Positions 27,988 through 39,132 are shown, numbered from the stretch's first letter. The stretch is 64,000 bases of DNA from an uncultured bacterium (GCA_963749495.1 CAVVMW010000023.1:544001-608000); one strand, 5' to 3'. Notes: generated by a model not told the origin, from the letters alone. Made by a program: numbers and translations.

Positions 27988-30876
27988 ATGAAAACCTGGA
28001 AACTCACACGCAGGAGTTGGGTCGTGCTGGTCTTGGCTGTGGCGGCTGTGGTTGGCTGTCTGAGAGCGGGCGTGGCGCAGGGGGCGGAGGGCGCGCCGGC
28101 GCGGGAACGGTTGTTGCTGGATTGGGGCTGGAAGTTCCACCTGGGCAACGAGTGGGGCACCGGCGAAGACCTCGAGAAGGCCGGTTCAAGCGCCGGCCCG
28201 GCCCGGCCCGATTTCAACGACGGAAGCTGGCGCGCCCTGGACCTTCCGCACGACTGGGCCATCGAGTTGCCGTTCGACCGGAACGCCGACACGTCACACG
28301 GCTTCAAGCCGGTCGGGCCGCGTTTTGAGACCAACAGCGTGGGGTGGTATCGGCGGACGTTCACGCTCCCGCGGCAGGACGCCGCCAAGCGCCTCTGGCT
28401 GGAGTTCGACGGGGCATTCCGCGACACGCGGGTTTATGTGAACGGCTATTTCGTGGGACACCACGAAAGCGGCTACAGCGGGTTCCGCTACGACATCACC
28501 GACGTGGCCAATTGCGGCGGTCGGAACGTCGTCTCGGTGCGGGTGGATGCCTCGCTCTTCGAGGGCTGGTTCTACGAAGGGGCAGGGATCTACCGGCACG
28601 TCTGGCTGACCAAGACCGGGCCGCTGGCCGTCGCTCCGGACGGCATCTTCGTCTATAGCAAATTCAACGGCCCCATCCCGGAAGGCCCCGCCGAGATCCG
28701 GGTCCAGGCCAGGCTCAGCAACGCCCAGGATGCGGCCGCCGAACCAACCGTGCGCGCCGAGGTGCTCGATCCCACGGGCAACGTAGCCGCCCAGGGGAGC
28801 ACTACCGCCAAACTGGCGGCCTGGTCCCAAAACAAGGCCACGCTCTCCCTGCCACTGGACCACCACTACCTGTGGTCGCCCGAGTCACCTACGCTCTACA
28901 AGCTGGTCACGACGGTCGAGGCGGGCGGGGTTGTGGCGGACCGGACCGAGACGCAGTTCGGCGTCCGCACGATGAGCTTCGACCCCGATAAAGGCTTTCT
29001 CCTTAACGGCAAGCCCTACGTGATGAAGGGCACCTGCAATCACCAGGACCACGCCGGCGTGGGCGCCGCCGTGCCGGACCGGCTCCAGTATTTCCGCGTG
29101 GCCCGGCTCAAGGAGATGGGCTGCAACGCCTACCGCACCTCGCACAACGCGCCCACGCCCGAGTTGCTCGAGGCCTGCGACCGCCTGGGCATGCTGGTGA
29201 TGGACGAGAACCGCCTGCTGGGCAGCGACGCCATGAACCTGGACCGGCTCGAACGCCAGGTCCGGCGCGACCGCAACCACGCCAGCGTCGTGGTCTGGTC
29301 CATCGCCAACGAAGAGGGCGTGCAAACCACGCCCACGGGCGGACGCGTCGCCCAAACGATGCAGCAGCTCATTCACCAACTCGACCCGACGCGCCAGGTG
29401 ACGATGGCCGCAAACGTGGGCAATGAATATGCCGGCATCAACCGCATTATCGATGTCCGCGGCTGGAATTACCAGATCGGCAGGGCCATCGACAATTACC
29501 ACACCGCCCACCCGGCGCAGCCCAACGTCGGCACCGAGCAGGCCAGCACCGTCTGCACCCGCGGCATCTATGCCAACGACCCCAAACGCGGCTACGTCAG
29601 CGCCTACGACAACAACGCCCCGCCCTGGGCCCACACAACCGAGACCTGGTGGAAATTCTTCGCCCCCCGCCCCTGGCTCTCCGGCGGCTATGCCTGGACC
29701 GGCTTTGATTATCGGGGCGAGCCCACACCGTACGGCTGGCCCTGCATCAACTCGCACTTCGGCATCGTCAATACCTGCGGTTTCCCCAAGGACAATTTCT
29801 ACTATTACCAGGCCTGGTGGGGCGAGCGCCCCATGGCGCACCTGCTGCCGCATTGGACCTGGCCGGACAAGGAAGGCCAGGAAATCGATGTCCGCTGCTT
29901 CAGCAACTGCGACGAGGTTGAACTCTTCCTCAACGGCCAGAGCCTGGGCAAACAAGCCGTGCAGAAAAACTCGCACCTGAGGTGGAAGGTGAAGTACGCC
30001 CCGGGCACCCTCTTGGCCACGGGCCTCAAGGCCGGCCAAACCGCCGCCCAGGACAAAGTCCAAACGGCCGGCGCGCCCGCGGGCATCCAGCTCACGCCCG
30101 ACCGCCCTGACATCAACGCCGACGGCCAGGACGTGAGCATCATCACTGTGGCCGTCACCGACGCCCAGGGCCGCGTCGTCCCGGTGGCCGGCAACTCGGT
30201 GAGCTTCCAGTTGAGCGGCCCAGGCCGCATCCTGGGCGTGGGCAACGGCGACCCCAGTTGCCACGAGGCCGATGTGTTCGTCGGCAAACCGGGCGCCAGG
30301 TCCGTGTCCCTGGACGGCTGGCGGATGAAGCTCGTGCCGGACACCAAAGACCGCCCGGAGGTGGCGGCGGCTTACAGCGTGAGGAACTGGGCCCGGGTGG
30401 ATGTCCGGACCGACTACGGCCCTCTCGAACCGGGCCAATGCGCGGTCTTCCGCAAGACGTATTCCGCGCCGCCCGAAGTCCTTTCGGCCACCAATATCAC
30501 CCTCTCCTTCGGCATGATCGATGACGAGGGCTGGGTTTATATCAACGGCCAACTCGCCGGCGAGTCCCACGACTGGTCCTCCTCGCCCACCTTCGACATT
30601 CGCAAGTTCCTTCAGGAAGGCGACAACACGATTGCCGTGGCGGTCAAGAACAACGAAGGCCAGGGCGGCATCAACCGGGGCGTGGCGTTGCTCATCCAGG
30701 ACAGGCCCGTCCTGCCCGACTGGAAACGGAGTGTCTTCAACGGCCTGGCCCAGGTGCTGGTGCAGTCCTCCAGCGAACCGGGCGAACTCAAGCTCACCGC
30801 CAACGCCGAGGGCCTGGCCCCGGCCACACTGCTGGTCCCCGCCCGTGCCTGCGCCCCGCGCCCCGCGGTGCAGTAG
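27988..30876 (+). CDS. Glycoside hydrolase family 2 (beta-galactosidase-like), secreted
   Basis: LPHDWAIE, GWYRRTF, GAGIYRHVW, HQDHAGVG, YRTSHN, RDRNHASVVVWSIANEE, WTGFDYRGEP, GVGNGDP. Confidence 0.93.
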   Translation: MKTWKLTRRSWVVLVLAVAAVVGCLRAGVAQGAEGAPARERLLLDWGWKFHLGNEWGTGEDLEKAGSSAGPARPDFNDGSWRALDLPHDWAIELPFDRNADTSHGFKPVGPRFETNSVGWYRRTFTLPRQDAAKRLWLEFDGAFRDTRVYVNGYFVGHHESGYSGFRYDITDVANCGGRNVVSVRVDASLFEGWFYEGAGIYRHVWLTKTGPLAVAPDGIFVYSKFNGPIPEGPAEIRVQARLSNAQDAAAEPTVRAEVLDPTGNVAAQGSTTAKLAAWSQNKATLSLPLDHHYLWSPESPTLYKLVTTVEAGGVVADRTETQFGVRTMSFDPDKGFLLNGKPYVMKGTCNHQDHAGVGAAVPDRLQYFRVARLKEMGCNAYRTSHNAPTPELLEACDRLGMLVMDENRLLGSDAMNLDRLERQVRRDRNHASVVVWSIANEEGVQTTPTGGRVAQTMQQLIHQLDPTRQVTMAANVGNEYAGINRIIDVRGWNYQIGRAIDNYHTAHPAQPNVGTEQASTVCTRGIYANDPKRGYVSAYDNNAPPWAHTTETWWKFFAPRPWLSGGYAWTGFDYRGEPTPYGWPCINSHFGIVNTCGFPKDNFYYYQAWWGERPMAHLLPHWTWPDKEGQEIDVRCFSNCDEVELFLNGQSLGKQAVQKNSHLRWKVKYAPGTLLATGLKAGQTAAQDKVQTAGAPAGIQLTPDRPDINADGQDVSIITVAVTDAQGRVVPVAGNSVSFQLSGPGRILGVGNGDPSCHEADVFVGKPGARSVSLDGWRMKLVPDTKDRPEVAAAYSVRNWARVDVRTDYGPLEPGQCAVFRKTYSAPPEVLSATNITLSFGMIDDEGWVYINGQLAGESHDWSSSPTFDIRKFLQEGDNTIAVAVKNNEGQGGINRGVALLIQDRPVLPDWKRSVFNGLAQVLVQSSSEPGELKLTANAEGLAPATLLVPARACAPRPAVQ

Positions 30877-31405
30877 GTCGAGGGTCGAGGGGAGAATGAC
30901 GAATGACGAATGACGAATGACGAATGACGGACAGGGGATCAGAGGCGCCACCTACGGCCACAGGACGGTCACGAACGGAGGCAGGACAGAGGATACGATG
31001 CAACGGTTTGCGCGCACCCGCAATGCCCCGTTGTCGAAGGGCTTCTCGCCCGGCGCATCCGGATACTGCCCCCGGAGCGCCGACTTTTAGTCGGCTTTGC
31101 GCGCACCTCGCCCTCACTCGCGCGCCTATGGATTCTGGACGTGCTAAGCCGACTGCAAGTCGGCGCTCCGGTCCTTCGACATCGGCCGCGGGGGCAGTTT
31201 CCGGATGCGCCCTCACCGCCGACTTGATCACGCGGCGCAAGAGCGATCCGGCCAAGCTCGGAATGGCGGCGCGCCTGCGCAGCCAGACGACACTTCCATT
31301 CGTCATTCGTCATTCGTCATTCGTCATTCGTCATTCGTCATTCCCTCGCCCCTCGGCCCTCGATCCACTCCCCCCTCGACACGCGCCCCTCGACACGCGA
31401 CATTC
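30877..31405. repeat. Nested symmetric repeat structure: GGTCGAG and GAATGAC arrays ... MITE 31052-31211 ... CATTCGT and CCCTCGA arrays
   Basis: GGCGCATCCGGATACTGCCCC/GGGGCAGTTTCCGGATGCGCC inverted repeats enclose GGAGCGCCGAC..GTCGGCGCTCC hairpins. Confidence 0.85.
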
Positions 31406-31410
31406 GGGCC

Positions 31411-33014
31411 GTGAGACAGACCGAACAACAATTCGAGGGACTGCTCTCGCGCTATTTCGAGCGGTTGCTGGAGGAGGCGCCGGCACTGGCGGCGGTCCAT
31501 GGGGTGCGGCAAGGGGAGGGCAAACTGGGCCGGTGGTCGGCGGCGTTTCACCGGCGGCGTGAGAAGGCGCGGCAAGGGGCGCTGCAGGCCCTGGAGCGGA
31601 TTCGCCCCGGGAACTGGCCAACGAGCAGCAGTTGGATCGCCTGGCCTTGCGCAGCCAACTGCTCAAGGAGTGCGAGGACTACGCGCGGGGCCGGCACACC
31701 CTCGAGCCCAATGCGCCCGAGCAACTGCTCAATATCCTCCTGCACGAATTGCAGCGCGGCGACGACGAGCCGGCGCGGGCGGCGCGCAACCTCCGCGCCC
31801 TGCTCAAGCAGGCGCCGGCCTTCCTGGACGAGGCGCTGGAGGCGGTCCAAGAACCGGAACGGGTCTGGCTGCGCGTGATGGAGCAAACCGTGGCGGGCGG
31901 CGCGACGTTGCTGGCCGGGGTGGGAAAATTCCTTGACTCGGCCGGGTCGCAGCCCGGCGACGCCTCGCTGATCCGGGCGGCGGAGCGGGCGCTGGGAAGG
32001 TACGGCAACGGCGCGCGGCGCCGCGATTGCGCGCCGGGCTCGTTTTCCGTCGGCGCCGCGGCCCTGCAACGGCGGGTGCGGGACGAATTGGGGCTGGATC
32101 ACACGCTGGGCCAGGTCGAGGCCGTGGCGCTGGGCGAAGTCGCGCGGGTGGGGGCGCTGCTCCAGGCGGCCTGCGCCCCTTTCGGGCGCCGCCGCCGGGC
32201 GGAGGAGATCATCGCGCAGGCGCGCGCGGCGTGGCGGCCGGACCGGCCCTTGCTGGACCTTTACCGGGAGCAGACCCGGCGCGTTGCCGAGGGTTTCCGG
32301 CAGGCGCAGGCGGTGAGCTTCCCCGCCGGAGACCAACTGCAGGTCAAGCCGGTGCCCGAGTTTCTGCGAATGCTCATTCCCACGGCGGCCTACAACTCGC
32401 CGGGGGCCTTCGAGAAACGCCAGCGCGGCACCTTCTGGGTCAACGACCTGAGCGTGACCCGGCGCACGGAAGCCGAGAAATTGGCCGAGCAACAGCAGCA
32501 TTTTGGCCTGGCCCTGACTTGCGCGCACGAGGCCTATCCCGGCCATCACCTCCAATTCGTGACCGCCAACCGGCACCCGCGAAAATGGCGGCGCCTCTTC
32601 GCGCACGCGGTCTTCTACGAGGGCTGGACGCTCTGGTGCGAGCAGATGATGGTCAACCTGCGCATCGAACCGTCGCCCTGGCTGGGCGTGCAGCAACTCC
32701 ACGACGCGCTGTGGCGCTGCCATCGCATCCTGGTGGACCTGCGCCTGCAGACCGGGCGCTACTCCCATGAGCAGGGCGTGCGCCACGTGCAGCGGCACCT
32801 GGGTTTCACCCGCGCCCGCGCGGAGGCGGACGTCAATTGGTACACCGCCCAGCCGGCGGTCCCCATGAGCTACTGGCTCGGCCGCCTGGAAAACGAGCGC
32901 CTCCAGCGCCGGCTCATGGCCGGCCGCGGCTGGAGCCTCAAACAATTCAACGATTGGCTCCTGAGCTTCGGCACCCTGCCCCAGGCCTGGATCGAAAAGT
33001 ATGGCCTGGACTGA
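31411..33014 (+). CDS. DUF885 family protein; 1-nt deletion near 31601
   Basis: AHEAYPGHHLQ, FYEGWTLWCE, DLRLQTG, QPAVPMSYWLG; N-terminus in the 31411 frame. Confidence 0.88.
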
Positions 33015-33051
33015 CGCCGCCTGGGACCAGCGCACGCCCGATCCCCAACCT

Positions 33052-33136
33052 TCGTCGCAACCTTTGTCGCGGCCTTTGTCGCAACCTTGCAGTCCATTCT
33101 TTCGACAAAGACCGCGACAAAGACCGCGACAAAGAT
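33052..33136. repeat. 12-mer CTTTGTCG palindromic element
   Basis: Same family as 2487-2571. Confidence 0.9.
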
Positions 33137-33220
33137 CGGCAATAGGGGTTTTTCGGTCACGCTCCAAGGTCGCGCCGTTTTTTGTTTTCCCCCACACGCG
33201 GCTGTGCTAGCTTCCAGCAA

Positions 33221-33409
33221 ATGAGCACGGTGCAAGAAATCGAAGCCGCCATCCTTCGTCTCTCCCGGCCGGAACAGGAGCAATTGCGCGCCTGGTTTGA
33301 GGAGTTCCTCGAAAACCAGCTTGAATTGAGCGACGAAGCCAAAGCCAAGCTCGACCAATCCCGCGGCGAGATCGCCGAGGGCAACTACCGGACTCGCCAA
33401 CGTGGATAA
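33221..33409 (+). CDS. Small antitoxin-like protein
   Basis: MSTVQEIEAAILRLSRPEQEQLRAWF...; TAGCTT 7 nt upstream of ATG. Confidence 0.7.
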   Translation: MSTVQEIEAAILRLSRPEQEQLRAWFEEFLENQLELSDEAKAKLDQSRGEIAEGNYRTRQRG

Positions 33410-33447
33410 CTTCAGTGGCTTGATAAATTAGGAACATCAAAAACCGC

Positions 33448-33816
33448 GTGGGAACATTTTACACAAGCTGTCACGTGGAGAATCACATTGACCGGAAGAA
33501 GTCGGTTGAAGTTCCCAAATTGCTCGTGGACACCGGCGCGGAGTTCACGTGGATCAAAGCCGGCACGTTGAAGAAAGTCGGGGTGGCAAAGGAAAAGAAG
33601 AATTACACGTTCGTCACCGCGACGGGCGAGGAGATCAACCGCACGATTGGCTTTGCCATCATTCGCGTTGGTGACGCCCTGACGATTGACGAAGTCGTAT
33701 TCGCCGAACCCAACGATTTGGAGATGCTCGGCGCCCGTTCCTTGGGAGGTTTGAACCTGCGCGTCGATTCCCGCGCGAAAAAACTCGTAGCCGGTGGACC
33801 CATTCTTGCAGCCTGA
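33448..33816 (+). CDS. Clan AA (retroviral-like) aspartyl protease
   Basis: LLVDTGAEFTWI and MLGARSLGGL motifs. Confidence 0.85.
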   Translation: MGTFYTSCHVENHIDRKKSVEVPKLLVDTGAEFTWIKAGTLKKVGVAKEKKNYTFVTATGEEINRTIGFAIIRVGDALTIDEVVFAEPNDLEMLGARSLGGLNLRVDSRAKKLVAGGPILAA

Positions 33817-34002
33817 AGGCCGGCTCGGTCGGTCGCCTGACGCCTTGCGGAGCCGCGTTGTTTTCCGTGCAACAGATTGGAACACCAAACGTGCGTAAAC
33901 GTGCGTGTTGGCGCCAGATCCACCGGAAGCCGGAAAAGACTAGTTTGCGCTGTATTCATGCGATTGTCATGCCTGTTTGGCGCACAGTCTCGAAAGGCCA
34001 AT

Positions 34003-34052
34003 AATGGTTTCCTAAACCGTTGATCCCCGTTCAATTCGGGGTGGGGGCACCA
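34003..34052 (+). tRNA. 3' half of tRNA-Arg(CCT); att-site remnant, not a complete tRNA
   Basis: ATGGT-TTCCTAA-ACCGT anticodon arm, CCCCG-TTCAATT-CGGGG T-arm, TGGGGGCACCA acceptor 3' strand; no D-arm or 5' strand upstream. Confidence 0.8.
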
Positions 34053-34109
34053 GCGGATTTCGACACGGATATTGACAACGCCTTCGGGAAAGGGGAGATT
34101 TGGCTTGTT

Positions 34110-34298
34110 ATGAGGCACCCGCAACGCGCCGCGCAAAAGAAACTCGACTACCCGGAAGAAACTCCCGGCAGCCGTCTGGCTGCCAAAGCTCGCAAGCTGG
34201 CCAACAAACTCACCCCGGAACAGCGCCGGGATCATTTCAACAGGGCCATGACGATGATCTATGCCGGCGCAAAAGAAGCAACTCTCCCTCGACACTAA
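34110..34298 (+). CDS. Putative antitoxin of downstream PIN toxin
   Basis: 62 aa, overlaps the start of the PIN gene. Confidence 0.6.
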   Translation: MRHPQRAAQKKLDYPEETPGSRLAAKARKLANKLTPEQRRDHFNRAMTMIYAGAKEATLPRH

Positions 34299-34758
34299 CA
34301 TCGTCTTCGATCTCGCCGGAGAAAAAGACTTCGCCCATGATTTTCGTGAGGTTTTCCAGAGTAAAGGTTACGCCTTGGTCTTGCCGCCCACGGCCGTTCA
34401 CGAACTGCACGTCATTTTCACTGAAGGCGCCAGTGAAGCGGAGCGGGAACTGGCGCGTACGGCACTGACCCACTTGAAGCAATGGGGCATCCGACCCTTT
34501 GACCTGGATTCTGCGGCGGAAGCTATTTGCGAGCAATTCGTTCGCGGCCTGCTTCGGCAAAGCCTGATTCCCGAAGGCGAGTTCAACGACGGCCTGATTC
34601 TGGCCGAGACGTCACTGGCGGAAATTCCCCTGGTGGTGACTTCCGACAAGCATCTGCTAAACATCGACGAAGACGCCTTGCTGCTGGCCTTCAACGAAGC
34701 CGATCTTTGGCCTGTGCGTCCGGTTCACCCGAGGCGTTTATTGCGGGTTCTGCGTTAG
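34261..34758 (+). CDS. PIN-domain (VapC-like) toxin
   Basis: SLDTNIV, TAVHEL, NDGLILAE, VVTSDKHL. Confidence 0.88.
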   Translation: MPAQKKQLSLDTNIVFDLAGEKDFAHDFREVFQSKGYALVLPPTAVHELHVIFTEGASEAERELARTALTHLKQWGIRPFDLDSAAEAICEQFVRGLLRQSLIPEGEFNDGLILAETSLAEIPLVVTSDKHLLNIDEDALLLAFNEADLWPVRPVHPRRLLRVLR

Positions 34759-34879
34759 CGCGCTCGGCGCGGATTTTGCCGCAAAGGGTCCGCGTCAAAG
34801 CAGGGTGAAAGAGCCCGGCTTTTCATGCTAACCATACAAGTGCATGAAAGACCCTGCGTTGAATCCAGTTCATCCCGGC

Positions 34880-35036
34880 GACGGGCGACGAGCCAGTTTC
34901 GGCGGGTGGCCTCTTCGATGCAGAAGTCGGTGCTCTGGAGCTTGTAGGCCGCGGCAATGGCCTTCCAGCAGCCCGTCTCGTGGGCTCCCGCGATGGCGTT
35001 CGCGTCGATGAAGACTCTCGACCCTCTGGGGACCAT
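34880..35036 (-). pseudogene. Truncated PIN-like gene downstream of XRE-ImmA/IrrE gene
   Basis: RVFIDANAIAGAHETGCWKAI...CIEEA, then family-like sequence is lost. Confidence 0.55.
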
Positions 35037-35049
35037 GGCGGGAATGGCC

Positions 35050-36163
35050 TCAGAAGGACGGGTCGAATCCGTAGGCGGAGACGATTTCCTTCAGATCATA
35101 GGGCTCGCACTCAAGGAGCTCGGCGGCCTTGGGCACGCTGACCAGGCCGCGATCAAGGACGGTGTGGAGGCGCCGGGCAAACTGCGCGCTGTAGCGGTTG
35201 GGCTTGGCAGCCCCGTCCTTCTCATCAGAGCGCGACAGGAGCCGGAGGTCGACGGGGACCGTCTTCGACAGCAGGCCGGCGTTGACCAGGCGCCAGTACA
35301 GGGCTTGGCCAGACACCCGAAAGTCCTTCGCGGTGGCGATGATCCACTGGTGGAGGTCACTTTCCGGCAGGCGAGGCCGCCACCGGCTCTGCACCTCCCG
35401 GAGCGGCATCAGCAGCCCGGAGTCTGAAGTTGTCGGCCAGCTTCTCGACCTTGGGCCGCTGATCGCCTTGCAGGACCGGATCAATTCGGTCCGGCGGCAT
35501 CTCGGCCCACGTGAGGACATGAAACAGTTCGTGGCCGAGGTCGAAGTTCCGGCAGAAGGAGGCCTCGTTCCGGTTGATGAGCACGTAGTCCCCGTCCGGC
35601 AGGTGACACGCGGCGCCCGAGATGCTTTCGGGGGCATCCACGAAGAGGATGGAGACGCGCAGTTGCTCCTCCACGGCCTCCAGGAGCTTGAGCGCCGGAG
35701 CCACCCCCAGGCCGAGCGACCTGGCCGTCCGGTCCCCGGCATCCGCGGCGGCCAGCAGGGGCGTCAGCTTGTTGATACCCTTGAGCTGGTTGCCGAACGG
35801 TGCCCCGGGTTCGCCGAGCAACCTGCGGAAGCGGCGGTTGGCCGAGATCAGCTTGTGCGCCTTCTGCTCGAATGCGCCGATGTCGGGCGAATTTGGGCTT
35901 GCCCGGTAAGAGAATGCGTTTGTCTCCGTGATGACGTAGGGGTCGGTGAAGAAGGACACGGGCTTGGAGAGGATCTTCGCAATGCGCACCATCTCGTCAG
36001 GGGCGATGCGCCGTATTCCGGTCTCGATGGCGGAGATCGTCTGCCGGTCGTTGCACCTGAAGGCCGCGGCGAACTGGTCCTGCGTCATGGACCTCTCCAC
36101 CCGAGCCTGCCGAATTCGCTCCGCTACCTGTGCGGCGAATTCATCTGCCCGCTGGGTATCCAT
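35050..36163 (-). CDS. XRE HTH + ImmA/IrrE (COG2856) metallopeptidase; frameshift near 35425
   Basis: IRQARVERSMTQDQFA..RQTISAIETG; FDLGHELFH; EKLADNF / SGLLMP split across frames; start may be 36196. Confidence 0.85.
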
Positions 36164-36278
36164 TGGCCGGAGCGGTTTGGGGCCTAACAGCAACATGTGC
36201 ACAGGGTATCTTGCGGAATGAAAAACGCAAGATTAAAGTTCGGCTCCTTTTTTGGGGGGGAGACGATGGGGCCGGATC

Positions 36279-36503
36279 TCAACGATTGAGATTCCTGAGA
36301 ATGTTTCTCTCGGCGCGTTTCAAGCCGCTGGCAGTCAACCCGTATTCGATCAGCGCAGAATCCTCGCTATAGACTTCCACCGGACGCAACGCGACAATTC
36401 GGCCGCTCCCGGAGTGGACTATGCCAATGTCCTCTCCTTGGAGAACCCGGGAAAGGATGGCGCCTAGGCTTTGCCTCGCCTGAGTGGCCGTCATTGTCTT
36501 CAT
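36279..36503 (-). CDS. Phd/YefM-like antitoxin, orphan or truncated
   Basis: MKTMTATQARQSLGAILSRVLQGEDIGI; TATAAT 6 nt upstream. Confidence 0.65.
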   Translation of the reverse strand: MKTMTATQARQSLGAILSRVLQGEDIGIVHSGSGRIVALRPVEVYSEDSALIEYGLTASGLKRAERNILRNLNR

Positions 36504-37105
36504 ACGCGCATTATACTGTAACCGCGCAGCCGGAGCAAGACCGGCCTTGCCGGCCTGGTGGCATCAAAACGAATCGCGTCAGTGGCGCAAAAACCGCATT
36601 GCCCCAGTGCCCGCGCTCGCCCGAAATCCCCCATGCCGGCCTCGGAATACTCCTCCGCCCTCTGTTCTTCTCCCTGGGCCGGATTGCTCAGCCGGCTCAT
36701 GCGGGCTGCGGTGAAAGGCCCACCGGCGGACCGATAACTCACCCGGTCGCAGGCTGGGTTGCTCAACGGGGCGCGGGCTGCAACGTGATGACGGAGCACT
36801 TGGAAGCTGCGAAGCGTTTTGGACTGCGGCAGTCCTCTGCCGCTTTCGCGTTCCCAGAACCAGGGACTTGCCAGAATGATGAAGCCATGTTAGTCTCCTG
36901 GTTAAAGAAGCGCCACAACTTCAGAGCGCCTGCAAGGCGGTGCACGGGCGCACCTATTGAGCGCTCGTTGCGGCCTTTCGAGCTGGGATAGCCTGACAAC
37001 GGCTTTGGGAATATGAAAGAGCAGCACCCGCGTAGCGGCCCGAGATGGGTGCCTTCGGAAGCAACAATCGCAGGCAGCACCCTCCCCCGAGTGCACACCA
37101 GTAAC

Positions 37106-39109
37106 ATGAACAGGTTGTGTGCAATCATTGGATTAGCGCTGCTGGCAAGCGGCGCGGCGGCGGCCGCCTCCGACCCGCTGGACGAGTGGCGATGGCGCAA
37201 CCCGCTGCCCAATGGCAACGATTTGCTCGCCGTCGTCTATGCCAACGGCGGCTTTTTGGCCGTGGGCGATGTTGGGGCCGTGGCCACTTCGATCGACGGG
37301 ACGAACTGGACCAACGGGAGCACCGGCTATGCTCCTAGTCCCTGGCTTCCGTACCGGCTTAGTGGAGTTGCCTACGGAAATGGGAGCTATGTGGCCGTTG
37401 GGGGGGTCGGCCCTGCCGGCAGCCAGGGCGGCCTGATCCTGGCCTCGCCCGACGGTGTCACGTGGACCCAGGAGGCCATCCCCGACAGTACGTGGGCACT
37501 GGAGAGCGTTGCCTATGGCAACGGCCTGTTCGTCGCCGTTGGCGTGAGGACCGACCCGGCCACGGACGCAGCGCTGGATAGCATTTTGACATCGCCGGAC
37601 GGGGTCCACTGGACTGAACGAGGCACCATGGCCGCAAGCTATCTCAGCGCGATCACTTATGGTAAGGGCCTCTTCGTGGCGGTCGGCGGCACGGGGATCC
37701 TGACTTCTCCTGACGGGTTGAACTGGGCCCAATCTCTCCCGGCGTGCGGCCCCCAACTGCTGTCTGTGGCCTTCGGCAATGGCAATTTTGTCGCGGTGGG
37801 AGCAGGGTTGGTAACGTCGGCGGACGGCTACACCTGGACGGACGTCCGGTCGGTGGTTGGCCCCTGGCCGCTCGTTTCCTACGGCGCTGGTCTGTTTGTC
37901 GCCATGGACGGCCAGACGATTGCCACCTCGACGGACGCGGTGACTTTTGCCGAGGGGACCTCCGGCGTCACGCAAAGCCCTGCATGCATCGCCTATGGCA
38001 ACGGCATTTTCGTCAGCCTGGGCAACGCCGCGACGAGGCTCGTATCGAGCGACGGCCTCCGCTGGACGAACCTGGCCTCAGGGGTGACGAGCTACCTTAA
38101 GAACGTCGCCTTCGGGAACCGCGTTTTTGTGGCTGCCGGGACCGCCGGCGCCGTCCTGCTTTCGACCGACGGCGTGTGCTGGGCATCTCAGCGTTCCGGC
38201 GCATTCGGCGACCTCTATGCGTTGACCTATGCCAACGGCCTTTTTGTCGCGGCAGGTTACCAGGGCAACATATTCACCTCCACCAACGGCGCGAAGTGGG
38301 TGCGCCCCAGTTCGCCGACGGTAAGCTGGCTGCAGAGCGGGGCCTACGGCAATGGACAATATGTGCTGGTGGGCGGGGGAGGCGCCATCGTCACGTCGTC
38401 CAACGGGTCTGATTGGGCCCTGAGCGACTCCCACTACACCAATGGGCTGGAGAGCATCGCCTACGGGAACGGCTTGTTCGTGGTTGGAACTGACACCGGG
38501 CTCGTTCTGACCTCCCCAACAGGAGAGGACTGGGCCACCCAAGCCATCGATGCCCCCGGTGGCTTTCTGGGCGTGACTTGGGGCGGAGGCACTTTCGTGG
38601 CGGCGGGACCTGACGGACTTGCAGCCTCCACCAATGGCCTGGACTGGGTGATGGCGAAAACCCCCGTCCAGTTTACTGAGAATTACTACTGCTCGAGCGT
38701 GAATTATGGCCACGGCGTCTTCCTGGCGACCGGCACCCAGGGGCTGATCCTCTCCTCGACCAACGGGCTTGACTGGGTTGACCACGCGTTCGATACGGGG
38801 AACAGCCTCTTGGGCGCGGCTTACGGCCTGGGCACGTTTGTGGTGGTCGGGGATTTAGGCACGATACTGCAATCGGGCCAGTTCCCCTCGTCGCCGCTGA
38901 GGCTTGGGCCGATTATCGCCCTGGCAGACCGCGCCATGGCGGTTACGGCCGCAGGTCCAGCCGGCTGGACATGGGAGTTCCAGGCCTCGACGAACCTCGT
39001 CGATTGGCTGGAGCTGATCGAGCTCCCGGCCACGAACGCGACGGCAACATTCACAGATCGCGATGCGGCGAACTACGCCCGCCGTTTCTACCGCGGGTGG
39101 GCCTGGTGA
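37106..39109 (+). CDS. Secreted beta-propeller repeat protein with verrucomicrobial C-terminal domain
   Basis: Signal peptide; many (A/T)YGNGxFVAVG...TSxDGxxW repeats; C-terminal QASTNLVDW...[15 protein letters not shown]. Confidence 0.88.
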   Translation: MNRLCAIIGLALLASGAAAAASDPLDEWRWRNPLPNGNDLLAVVYANGGFLAVGDVGAVATSIDGTNWTNGSTGYAPSPWLPYRLSGVAYGNGSYVAVGGVGPAGSQGGLILASPDGVTWTQEAIPDSTWALESVAYGNGLFVAVGVRTDPATDAALDSILTSPDGVHWTERGTMAASYLSAITYGKGLFVAVGGTGILTSPDGLNWAQSLPACGPQLLSVAFGNGNFVAVGAGLVTSADGYTWTDVRSVVGPWPLVSYGAGLFVAMDGQTIATSTDAVTFAEGTSGVTQSPACIAYGNGIFVSLGNAATRLVSSDGLRWTNLASGVTSYLKNVAFGNRVFVAAGTAGAVLLSTDGVCWASQRSGAFGDLYALTYANGLFVAAGYQGNIFTSTNGAKWVRPSSPTVSWLQSGAYGNGQYVLVGGGGAIVTSSNGSDWALSDSHYTNGLESIAYGNGLFVVGTDTGLVLTSPTGEDWATQAIDAPGGFLGVTWGGGTFVAAGPDGLAASTNGLDWVMAKTPVQFTENYYCSSVNYGHGVFLATGTQGLILSSTNGLDWVDHAFDTGNSLLGAAYGLGTFVVVGDLGTILQSGQFPSSPLRLGPIIALADRAMAVTAAGPAGWTWEFQASTNLVDWLELIELPATNATATFTDRDAANYARRFYRGWAW

Positions 39110-39132
39110 GCCCTTTCAGGGCACAACTGTTC

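Noticed and set aside
8598..31405. Tandem arrays as CRISPR
   Set aside because: Units are 7-12 nt with no unique spacers, and no cas genes are present.
34003..34052. Functional tRNA gene
   Set aside because: The 5' acceptor strand and D-arm are missing.
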